This document shows, piece after piece, positions 10,798 to 22,660 of a stretch of DNA of 64,000 nt. The first letter of the stretch is position 1. Every line of letters begins with the position of its first letter. The notes under the pieces are model-generated. The model was not told the DNA's origin. It made no database searches and worked only from the letters and a program-made list of their open reading frames with translations. The translations under genes were made by a program, and so were the position numbers. Origin of the DNA: Isurus oxyrinchus (taxonomy: Eukaryota); contig JANJGN010000010.1 in NCBI GenBank assembly GCA_026770705.1, positions 158,720,001 through 158,784,000 of the forward strand, read 5' to 3'.

Positions 10798-13700
10798 TTG
10801 GGGTGGTGCAATGCAAGTGGAATTATCTAAATGCTGTCAGATGCAGATGCACCCGGCAAATCGCTCTTTAATTATGTATCGGAAATTAAATGCTGTCATT
10901 TAGAAGAAAGATTGGAGATTATTTATTCTTTCTACATTAAAAATACTCTTGAACTCGAATTGTGACAATGTCCGTGAGCAGGCATTGGGTTGACGGAATT
11001 GTGCTCGTGTTGTATAATGAGTTGATTCCTTCGTTGGGTTAGGTATTGTCTCAATGTGTTTCTCCCAATAAGGAAAAAATCCCGATCGCGACGCTTCCAC
11101 TATGTATTTACTTTTAGTCTGAATTCTCTTCGGCCACTTAAAAACGAAATGTGAGGTTTACTATTCTCCGCTTTACTATCTTATATGGAAATGAGGCATC
11201 CATAGTAAAACGGGAACCAAATGTGTTGTGTTGTGGAAAGGAGATTACGCCAAGTGCTTTGAAATATCCCCGTAAACTCTGCTGCACATTTAACTTTCCA
11301 CAATCGAAATGGTTTCAAATTTCAGGAATTCTTCAAAGGGAGGAAGTTGTTATGGTGTGGCAAATGAAAAAATAAGCATTGTTGTTTTAGCAAATTAAGC
11401 GTTCTGCGGAACTAAAAGCAACAAAAAGCATGCAACTAACTGCACCTGCATTCAAAATAAGCCACAAACTAAATGAGGCTGGTTTGTACAACAAAAGTCC
11501 ATTTAAAATAATTATTCCTTGCGAAGATTCTGCATTTCAATTTATTTCTAAACTATGCAGAGACAAAAACTATTTTCCCATGGTGTTGTACCTGTTTCCT
11601 ATCATAGTGATAAATATCGTTTAATTTTCTGACGTACTGTCTGATGTAGCTTTCTGGCTAGAATCAAGTCACGTTTGATGAACAACTGCAAGAAATCTTT
11701 GGGTGTCGTTTTGACACAGTTTCTCTGGTGTACAATGCCTCCGATACACACTTGATACAAGAACCAAAAAAAAGGTCTGGGGGGGTGGGGGTGGGGGTGG
11801 GGGCGGGGGGTGGGCGATGGAGGGCTGTAGTCTCAGTATCGGCTGTCGTTCCACAGCTGCACGGTTTAAAGAGCTCGATGCACAGTTAATCGCGCAGGCG
11901 CCACTCCGCTCCCTCCACTACTGTACTATCCAGCTGTAACATCGCTTTACTGAGCATGGTCTCTGTAACAGTCAAAGCTGATTTTGAGACGGTGTAAATT
12001 GCTTGAGATATGGCATAAATGTAACATAGGCAACAGGGAAAATTCTTCCATTAATTAGTTTCAATATCGTTTTCTTTTTAACCATCATTTCAACTGATCA
12101 TTAGAAATGGCCATTTCCTACCACATTAAATAACATTTGACAGATGCTCGCAAGACAACGCCTGCAGGAATACAAACCGAATCCCGGAATTGTCCGTATC
12201 TACATAGCTCGGGCTATAAGGTGCCCCAGGGACGATTTCGTCCAACATGGGCTAAATCGCAGCTTGTTTTTAATTGATTGGATGCAACGAGTTGATAAAA
12301 CATAAGTAATTCCCACAAAATGAATGCATCTGAATGAATAGATTCTTGGGTTTGTGCAGTTACTATTTTCGAAAGAACTGTGGAGGCGACGTCTGGAATT
12401 AAAGGCTGGCAGGGATTAGGGGACACAAGCAACGGCTGGAGCCCATTATATTTTTCAAGAGAATTTTCATATTCTCATTTACAAGTTGATTTTGACAAGA
12501 ACTTGCAGCACAGCGGTTCTGAATTAGGTTTAGAAACATTCCAGTTTCGTCTAGATCTCTGCAACTTTCAACGACAGTTCAGATTTACAATAAGGCCGGG
12601 TCGGAATAAATGCTTACATCACAAAATACAACCTTTTCCACCCAGGAACTGTGCTAATATTAAACTTGCCTGAATTCCCAGGCCGCTGCAACCAGCGTTA
12701 GCTTCTGCCCATATTTAACTTGAGGCACGGTAATAATTTGGTGTTAGATCCGCTACAATATGGCCCCGGGATTTCCAAGAATCCGCTTTGATCTCTTTAG
12801 AGGGAAGCACCAAAACTATCCCACCCCACAACCAGCTGAACCCCTGAGGTGTTTCCGTACATGGGATGAACCGCAAATGAATTCTTTGGATCCATTTTGT
12901 GGAAATTTGCGCCAGCGCACAAACGCCCGTTGCAGTGTGTAAATTTGAGCGAAGCAGCGTTTCACGTACCGCACCACTTCATAATTGGGTGATAATAGTT
13001 TACTGAGCTGGGCCCCCGCCACAATCCGCCACTGACAGGTGAAAATATCCATAGAGAATAGATAAGCACAACTCTGGACCGGAAATGCAGTAAACGGAGC
13101 AAGATACATTTCTAGCATCTCTTTGTGAATGGTAGGAAAGGGCAGCCTGTGACTGTGGGTGAATGTGGCTTCACCTCGAACCCGGAAACAGAGAAACGCT
13201 CCAAACGTTCCATGTCGTCCGAGAGCATCTGAAATATTACAGTCAATTATTCGGAACTAGATCGGACGATTAACATGTCAGGAATTGGGTGCACTGAGAT
13301 TCCAGCTAATCTAGTGACTGCAGAGTTTCAGATGGTGGGGGAATCCGCTACATTCATCTCGGCTGGCGATGAAAGGGCTGGATCTAAGGGATTAGACCGG
13401 GCATCGTTCTGTGTTTCTCCCTCTGCCAACAATCCTGTCGTTTCTTCCCCTTCCCAAACCAGGCCGTTAGAAAAATCATTCTACTGGCCATGCACAATAG
13501 ATAGCGTCCTTGGACAACTCAGTCGAGCTGTGTGCAACGTCAGGTTTCATGTATAATTTCAAAATATATTCCGAATTGCCTCTAATGTAAAACATACGCA
13601 GCCGCCTGTTCCCATTACTAAGGCATTGTGTAAAGTTTGCTGTCCATTTCAGCTTTGGCTTAGCCATAAAGTAACAGGATCCAGCAACCTGTGGTCTAAA

Positions 13701-14227
13701 TTGCCCTCCCCCGCCCATCTAACCCATAGCTCTGAAAGAAACAAATAATAACATATCACCCAAACAGGATAAATGAAGTGGGCATTATTCATTAGCATAG
13801 ATTACAAGGAGCTGACATTGATGGGGTGGGGTGGGACTTTTTCTGCCAATGCAAGTGTTGGTTGCAGGGAAGGGGAAAATGGATACCAGAGAGTTTAATG
13901 CACAGAACTGTAAATCCATATCAAACTTTATATATTCTTGTGCAGTATATTCCCAAATATTTAAAGGAAATTAGGGCTTTGCTGTTTCAAGTTACAGTAA
14001 ATTTGTAAATTACTTCAAGATGTAATAACATTGCTCAGAAAAGAGACATGCAGTCGAAGCTTTTCATCTTGCACTCATCAAGACAGATGCAAGAATGCCA
14101 AATTTCAAAGGGAACAACAATTAATACTGTGTGAGAAAAAGTGTGCTGATTGGTTGGCAAGTCAGCTCTGATGGTCAAGATGTTGCCATGGTAAATGCAC
14201 CAGGGAGCTTTTGTTCCCCCATGCACG

Positions 14228-14325
14228 CTTAGTCATATTGGACTCGAAACGTTAACTCTGTTTCTCTCTCCACAGATGCTGCCAGACCTGCTGAGTATTC
14301 CCAGCACTTCCTGTTTTTATTTCTA
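14228..14325 (+). mobile_element. Penelope-like pLTR fragment
   Basis: GGACTCGAAACGTTAACTCTG...GATGCTGCCAGACCTGCTGAGT belongs to the same family as 22085-22187. Confidence 0.75.
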
Positions 14326-14479
14326 ATAGTGTATTTCTGTTGCAACAGAGCATATTGTGATTTTTATCTAATTCCCTCTTTATTAATAGGAATTAATAAT
14401 GCATTAAGTAGTTCTATCATTTTAGTTATATACCCAAGATATTTTATTGGAATAATTAATTCACATTTTTACTGAAGAT

Positions 14480-16525
14480 GCAGTAAATAAGGTTGATGAG
14501 CTGTAGGTGCAGATAGCCACATGGAAATATGATGTTGTGGAAATAACGACTCACCAAAATGCAGGACTGGTCATAAATATTCCTAGATTCAGTCTTCAGG
14601 AAAGTTAGGGAAGGTAGGAAGGAGCAGGGGTGACAATATTGATTAAGGAGAATGTTATGTTACAGTAGGCAGAGGATGTCATGGAGGGGGTAAAGGACAG
14701 AATCTACTTGGTTAGAATAAAGCAACAACAGAGGTGCCATTAGATTACTAGGTATATTCTAAGTATAAACTTGTGGGAAAGATATAGAGGCAACCAAAGC
14801 CAGCGCTTCTTGGATGATGAAAGAGATAGAGAGTAAAATGAAACAGCAAAAAGGGTGTAGATCACAGGTGTCAGGTTGACAATACGAGTAATAGTTAAGT
14901 TGAATGTAGAATAAAAAAGGCACAGAGAGAGTATGAGAAGAGACAGGAAACTAACATAATCGGTATGTAAAGTCTTTTATTGGCACATAAATAGTTAAAA
15001 GGTAGTAGGAGCAAGGGTGGGACTGATTAGTAATCAAAAGGGGGATATCTGTCTGAAGGCAGAGGTCAGGGCTAAGGTACTAAATGAATACTTAACATCT
15101 GTCTTTCCCAAGGCAAAAGATGTTATTAAAGTTGTAATGAAAAAGGAGGGAGATATAATACTGGATGGGCTAAAAATTGATAAGGAGGAGGTATTAGAAA
15201 GGCTGGCTGTACTTAAAGTTGAAAAGTCACCAGGACTGGATGGGATGCATCCAAGAACACTAGGGGAGGTAAAGGTGGAAATTGCAGAGGTGCCGGCCAT
15301 AATCTTCCAATTCTCCTTAGAAGCAGCGTGGTGCCAAAGAATTGTAAATGTTACACCTTTGTTCAAAAAAGGATGTAAGGATAACCCAGCATCTACAAAT
15401 CAGTCAGTTTAACTTCAATGGTGGGAAAACTTTTCAAACTGATAATCTGGGACAAAATTAACATTTACTTGGACAAGTATGGATTAATTAAGGAAAGTTG
15501 GGTGAGTGACAGGAAATAGAGTCATGGTGAACAGTTGTTTTTCAGACTGGAGAAAAGTATATAGTGGGGTTCCCTAGGCATAGGTACTAGGACCACTGCT
15601 TTTCATGATCTATATTAATGACCAAGGCTTGGGTGTACAAGGCACAATTTCAATATTTGCAGATTGGAAGTAATGTGAGCTGTGAGGAGGATGGTAATAT
15701 ATTTCAAGAGGACATAGACAAACTGGTGGAATATGGACATATGACAGATGAAATTTAAAATGCAGAGAAGTGTGGATGAGGAAAAGCAATCTGAGGTAAA
15801 GGATACAATTCTGAAGGGGGTGCAGGAACAGAGAGACATTGGGGTATTTGTACACAAATTGTTGAAGGTGGCAGGGCGGGTTGAGAAAGTGGCTAAAACA
15901 CAGGATCCTAAGGCATGGAGTACAAAAGCAAGGAAATTATGTTGAATCTTTATAAAGTTCCAACTTCAACTGGAGTATTGTGTTCAATCCTGGGCACTCC
16001 ACTTTAGGAATGACGTGAAGGCTTTCGAGAGGGTGCAGAAAAGATTACCAAGAATGGTTCCAGGTTTGGAGGACTTCAGTTAAGTGAACAGATTGAAGAA
16101 GCTGAGGTTGTTTTCCTAAGAGAAAAGAAGGTTGAGAGGAGATTTGATAGAGATATTCAGAATCATGAGGGATCTAGGCAGAGTAGATAGAGAGAAATAA
16201 TTCCCATTTACAGCAGAAGGGTCAGAACCAGAGGAAGCAGGTTTAAGCTGATTGGCGAAAGGATCAACAGTGACATAAGGAGAAATATTTTTATGCAGCG
16301 AGTAGTTAGGAACTGGAATGCACTACTTGAGAGTTTGATGGAGGCAAATTCAATTGTGGCTTTCAAAGGGAATTGAATAAGCACCGGAAGGAAAAAAAAG
16401 TGCACAGCTACACAAAAGGGCAGAGGCAGTGGGATCAGCCAAGTTGTTCTTGCAGAGAAGCCGCAAAGACATGATCGGCCAAAAGGCCTCCTTCAGTGCT
16501 ATAACCATTCTACGATTCTATGATA
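14480..16525 (+). mobile_element. Degraded, internally deleted CR1 LINE (endonuclease, RT and 3' UTR)
   Basis: KSPGLDGMHPR and NVTPLFKKG in ORF 15017-15412. Later RT remnants include GGGGTTCCCTAGG and CTGGAGTATTGTGTTCAATCCTGG. The tail is CATTCTACGATTCTATGAT. Confidence 0.9.
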
Positions 16526-19500
16526 TGAAATTAGTTACTTGCTCCTGTTAACCATGTACTGTGCTTACAGCATTATGGTTTGGAAGCAGAACTGTCCTTG
16601 CCCAGTATGCTTTTCCCTATAAGGGTATAAAGGTATGCTGTTTTATATTCTGCACACAATGCATTAATGAAGCAGGGAATTAAATTGTTTCTGATTTTCA
16701 CCTTTACAAATGGTAATTGTTCATCATCACATATCCATTGTTCATCCAGTCTTGAAGCCCAGACAATGTAAATGTGAGAGTTCTTACCTTCATGCTAAAT
16801 TCATTGGATGCAAATGTAGTGATTCTGATTCATTTAAAGAATTGAAGTTCAAATATTAATCACGTGCCATTGGGGCTTTTTTTTTTACATCTAACAAGAG
16901 TGTATGCAAATGAACAAAAGGTTTAATATTCAAGATGGCCGTGAATGAACAAGCCTTGCAGCCAATGTTTATGGAGTGGTTTAATGTAATTATTTTTGAG
17001 GAAGGTTACACTTTTACTCTCTACAGGGACATTATTCTTTAAGATGGTAATAATTTTCTATTTCCATAGTCTTTTATATACATCTCTGGTTTCTTTTTGT
17101 AATGCTGAGAATTTAGTCTGCCTGAAGCAGTTGCTATGCATCATCTCCTTTCTACTTGCCATCATATATTGCAGATTGCTTCTACCAAAAGAACAGGCAA
17201 CGTTGTTTGAGAGATGAAATATTTGAGTTGAACAAGTGGAAGTGGGCTTTGATTCTAGTTGGAATTGGAAATCCTGATTTAAGATGGTGAAGTGTAGAAT
17301 TTGATGTAAACAGCGGAACTTCTTTCACCCAGAATGAGCTTGTTGTCCACCATTCAAGAGCTTTTGTTATACTTGACTAGCAAACTTGCATACCCGGAAA
17401 AACGTGATAGAATAGGTAAGTGTGCAGACAGGAGTATGTTTTCAGATGTATCGTGTGAAAATTCAGCCAAGTTCCATAAATAGATACATAAACATATTTA
17501 TTAGATACGAGTGCTTGTGATATTGTTTTAATTTCAAAACATCAATATTGTGTTCGGTTGGTAATTTAGTTTCAAAAAACGAAATGGGTGAAAATAGAAG
17601 TTTTCTACAGTTCTTTAAACCATTTTAAACTCTGGAATTTAGCTAGATAAAATATTCCGTTACTTAAAGCTTATATTATGTTCATTATATTTAGATTCCA
17701 ATCGGCAAGGTAGTACAGGATGAAATCTATTAAACTCCCCTTACTAGTAACACCAACTTTGATTTTCAAATAGAAAAGACTACTACTTGTATTCTTGTTC
17801 TTTAAAAGTATCATTAAATATTATGGAGTTAGCTCATATTAATTTTTGAATATTAAACTTTATAGTATATTTGTTATAAATTGAGTTGTAAATATAACAG
17901 TTTTAGCTAAAAGAAATTCTTAATTGGTGAGTAACATCTATGTATCTAAAGTGTGTGCGTAGTATAGTGTGCAAGACAAAATTTAATCCAGTAACCAGAT
18001 TATTGCAAACAAGGAAATCATAAATTCACAGGTCACATTACTCTGTTAGCTGCATTATATGTTCTGGCTCAGTTGAAACAATGCTGCCACACAAGACCTG
18101 TTATGAATCTGTACAGAGAACACGGTTTCACAAAAACTCAAAATTGTAATACCTTATCTATAAGATGACAATTAGTGTTTTTGTTTGCAGAATAACTAAT
18201 TCAAGATAATTTATAAAATATGAACATTACATTGCTCTTTAATAGAAATTAATTATATGTAAGTGGTATACTCCTATATAGTTCTGTCTTTTATACATAG
18301 TGTCACAAACAGTCCCTCTCTCAAGCTTTTTCACAGTAACTGCTATTCAGGTAATTCTACTCTGAGTACAACCTAATCACTTCACTGCTGCAGTCCTGTT
18401 ATAATACAAGATCCAGAGCTGTTTTTTGTAACACAGACACTGGTCTTCACTGTTAGTTCAGCATGTAAATACATTTTATGGTGAAGTACAGAGCCTTTCA
18501 GATGAGCAAGGCCCCATTTCAATTCATACCTTTCGCTTTGTGAGTTGATGTTAGTGGAAAAGATGCAATAGGTAACATGACTGGACTCTGAACTAAAGAG
18601 GCAAGAACAATAAAGGTTTCTGCTTCTGATTGTTTATCTACTGGTCCCTGTTGTGGGTGGGAATTGGACATACACTTGAAAAGAAATAATTTACAGGGCA
18701 ATAAGGAAAAAGCAGGGCAGTGGGACTACTTGGATAGCTCTTTCAAAGAGCCAGTTCAGACCTGATGGGCTGAATGGTTTCCTTCTGTGTTGTATGGTTC
18801 TATGTTTGAAGAAGAAACTCAATGGGTTTGGGCTTGACTGAAATACCTCCCACAATTGAACCAACTGCCAACATTCAATGTTTAGTCTCATGCATGAAGA
18901 ATGGTTGTGTAGATGAGTTATTGGAGGTCTGCCATCGACCATCAATCTATGCTGTATGAATCATTACCTTCAGAAGAAGAGAGGAGAGTGAACTTTTTAT
19001 CTTGCTTACAATAAATTGCTGAGTGAATTAACAACATTTAAAACACAGCAAATTCTCTTCAAAATGAATAAATTACATACTCGTTAAATGTTTTGCTGGC
19101 AAATGTTTTACTACTATTTGGAAAGTCATTTTCAAAACATTTGCTTGTACAATGCCCAAATCCAAGGTCAGGCCGATATATATCCTTTCAGATGAACATG
19201 TCTTAAAACCTACATCACATCGTTAGCACAATGTATCATTATAATAACGTTGGCATCACACATCATTCATTCACCATAAAATAATTCAAACAACTAAAGA
19301 CAATGGAACAGTTAGTTCTATATATAACAAATTTACCTGCCATTATTTATTTAAAGGCTCACACAGGGATTGGAAACCAGTTGCTGGACAGGTTGAAGGA
19401 CAAGGATAGGTGGCTGGGATGCCCTCACTGTTCCACCAGAACTGCAGTGGGAGTCTGGCAGAATGGTTTGTTAAAAAAAGGATTGCGAATTCACAGTTGG

Positions 19501-21942
19501 GCTTTTAATGGGTGGAGTCTCTGTGCAACTCTTATGAGGCCGGCTATGTCTGAGGAAGTGAAACCAAGGGGAAGGAATTCCTTTACTCCTATTTCTCCAA
19601 GTCATAACATGAGACTGGAGTCCAGTGCACCTGATGAGATTAGGCTTATTATCTACCGAAACTGGACTCCAATAGGAGCATTCGAGCTAGGGAAATTATC
19701 CAGAAGATGGGGAAAACATTCAGAAATATTTGTATTGACCCAATTACACACATGAACACAAAAGGAATGGAATGGAGTCTTAGGGGCAGCCTGGACATTC
19801 CTATTGCCTATGAGGCAGCTAGGCACTGGAATGTCTGGCAGCATGGGGGAGGCAGGTCCTTGAGATGTGACTATAGTAGGGCATGCCTCTGTCAGCCCCC
19901 TGCAGATGAGGTGTTCCTCCAGTAACCTGTATACCCTGGCAGCTCAATGCTGCAGGATGCTCAGGTATGATCCAGAAGAAGCTCCTGAGGTCATGTAGCA
20001 TTCAATTCCACTGTGCAAATCTTTGTAGACAGAAACTCTGCTGTTGAGAGAGGTAGAAGAAAGGCAGAAAAGCTGTTAATTGGGGGTCTGTGAAGGTAGG
20101 GGAAGGGTTGGTGGTGGGGGAGTGGGGGGGTGTTGCGGGAGAGATAGAATGAAGGAGGCAGAAAGAAAACCCTACTATGGACAGGGGAGGAAGAGAGAGG
20201 AGACCAAAATCTTGTTCAGGGGATGGGATAGAGAGGGGGGTGGAGAAATACTGTAGTGAGGGAGAGAAAAAAAAGAAAGGTAGAGAGAACTCCTCAAGGG
20301 TATGGGATAGAAAGAGACCCTTTTGAGTGAAGAGGGAGAGAATACCACATCCTATTCCTATCGAGTGACCCTGCCAGAAAATGGCATTTGTGGTTATTGG
20401 ATGATGCTAGTATCAAGCTGGTATGGGCAGCAGAGAAACAGGCAGAAGCTTGGTAGCTTTTGATTTATACATCAATGATAGCTCTGGTCTCAGTGTGGGC
20501 TCTGTTCTAAGGCATTGTGTGACAGGTGCGAACTGCTACAACCCCAAATTATCAACCAGCTTAATGATTTTGACCACTGTCATCAGCAATAATTACAGAG
20601 TCCCTGTCAACACTGGGATTTTGACATAGTTACTCCCACCGCCATCATCGCTGTGGACTCAGGTTTCACAGATTGATCCAGCAGATAAAGGCACTTCTGA
20701 CCTTGGCTTTTTGCTGTCTTTAACTTCTATTCTACAGCCTACGTGCCTGGTTCTGCCAACTGTAATCCTGCTTCTGTCACATTCTCTGCCCATAGGCCCG
20801 CACCTGTTGTACACTATTTTCAAAGGCTTACCTTTCCTTGGCTCTTCCTGGTGTGGGTCCACACATCTGCTCTGCTCTCCTGGCCTCATTCCCAACAATC
20901 TGTGAAAGGTGCAAACCAGGAAAGCAAATTGGGAATGATAAAAATAAGTTCACAAAATAACATTGTAGAGAGTTAAGAATGGAAGGACACATTTCGTTGA
21001 TATCAACTTCTCATAGTTACAGAATACAAGGTTAACTTATATTAATAAACTGACGTCAAACATAACTCACCATTTTACATGCAAAGATTTATTTACTTGT
21101 GGATCACTGAAGTACGTGATGGTCACACATTCATTTAGTTCCCTGTGGCTGGTGTGCAATACACTTGATAGTTATCTGCTCAATTTTCTTTATCCTTCAG
21201 CATTGCCATGGAAGATTCAATGATGTTATTTATAATGCCTGTGTATATTTCCTAAGGATAATAGATGGGAATGATTTCAATGAAAATAACCCCATCTCAG
21301 GCCTCGGGTTGTAATAAATCGGTCAATGTTTGCTGGAGGTTTGGATTTGTGATACGGTCTGAAAACTTAACAAGGTTATTTTCTTGCAATCAATCTTATC
21401 CACTCATTGTTCGCCATAGTTATTAGAATTTCATGCAAAACCAGAACACCATAAATCATTTCAAAGGGGAAAAAAAACGAGCATCATTATCAAAATCTGT
21501 TCCTGCACTGAAATTCCAAAAGACTGCTGCACTCACTTTACTCAAACTTTTGTATTCTTACATAGAATAACCAAACAAAAGAGGTAGCTTCAGTAGCTTC
21601 TTGGTGTGGAATTGGGGTTGGTAGTGCCTATTGTTTGGACGCTATAGGTGTCGTTAGGGGAACAAATTGGTGTCTGCAGCACGCAAGCATACTTTTGGGA
21701 TGAGTCATGCCGGGCACAATATTGGTGGAGGGGTTATCATTATGCACAGTGAATAGCTGTTGGAGCAGGCAGATGATGACACCAATCAGCATGCAATGCT
21801 AATTTGGTGATGGTGTTTCAGCTAACACCCTCTCTTTAGCTTGCACAGCTGTAGATGTACAGCTACATCAAGATCTACACCTTGACTGTGAAATTGCATG
21901 TGACATGATGGTGCTATTTAAAGGGAACATCAACTGTCACAG

Positions 21943-22187
21943 AGATAAAAACAAAGAAAACTGCGGATGCTGGAAATCCAAAACAAAAACAGAATTACCT
22001 GGAAAAACTCAGCAGGTCTGGCAGCATCGGCGGAGAAGAAAAGAGTTGACGTTTCGAGTCCTCATGACCCTTCGACAGAACTCAAGTTCTGTCGAAGGGT
22101 CATGAGGACTCGAAACGTCAACTCTTTTCTTCTCCGCCGATGCTGCCAGACCTGCTGAGTTTTTCCAGGTAATTCTGTTTTTGTTTT
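21943..22187. mobile_element. Young Penelope-like pLTR inserted as a fold-back palindrome
   Basis: Perfect 103-bp arms (21980-22082 and 22085-22187) with a 2-nt loop. TSD CAACTGTCACAG at 21931-21942 and 22188-22199. Confidence 0.9.
22085..22123 (+). ncRNA. Minimal type I hammerhead-ribozyme-like motif (variant core CUGUCGA); mirror copy on the minus strand at 22044-22082
   Basis: Stem I AGTT/AACT, core CTGTCGA(A), stem II GGGTC-ATGAG-GACTC, GAAA-CG-TC. This is the topology of PLE minimal hammerheads. Confidence 0.6.
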
Positions 22188-22548
22188 CAACTGTCACAGG
22201 CTGATTTCTTCTGCTTGTTGGTTTGATTCCACAAATGTTTGGTTCTTTCTACAGTAGTTTAAAGTTGCAGAAGTCTCCAGAAAGTGGTGTGGCAGGTGCT
22301 GAAGGAGTTATTGTTGACTTCAAAGTTTTTTGTAGTCATTCCTCTTTGAATAAAGTGTGACTTTGAGTGGAGGGAGAGGACACTCAGGGCAGGACAAGCT
22401 GCTTGAAAAGGGAGGGGGAGGGGGAGGGGGAGAAGGGCTCTAAGGGGGATGGCATATCTTCCCAGCGAGTTCAGGGAGAATTCTCATAGCTGAGCATTTA
22501 TGGGGAACAATCAGTGAGACATCTGCCGTTCAATAAGAATACTTCACT

Positions 22549-22660
22549 GAAACGTCAACTCTTTTCTTCTCCGCCGATGCTGCCAGACCTGCTGAGTTTT
22601 TCCAGGTAATTCTGTTTTTGTTTTGGATTTCCAGCATCCGCAGTTTTCTTTGTTTTTATC
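22549..22660 (+). mobile_element. Young Penelope-like pLTR fragment inside the Harbinger transposase remnant
   Basis: Reverse complement of the outer part of the 21943 copy. Flanked by the direct repeat TCACTGAAA (22544-22552 and 22659-22667). Confidence 0.85.

Noticed and set aside
17334-17415. Short ORF (MSLLSTIQELLLYLTSKLAYPEKRDRI) ending at a consensus donor AG|GTAAGT
   Set aside because: It ends in phase 1, incompatible with the phase-0 ANKRD13B exon 1/2 junction, and has no recognisable homology. It could still be a non-coding exon but is unsupported.
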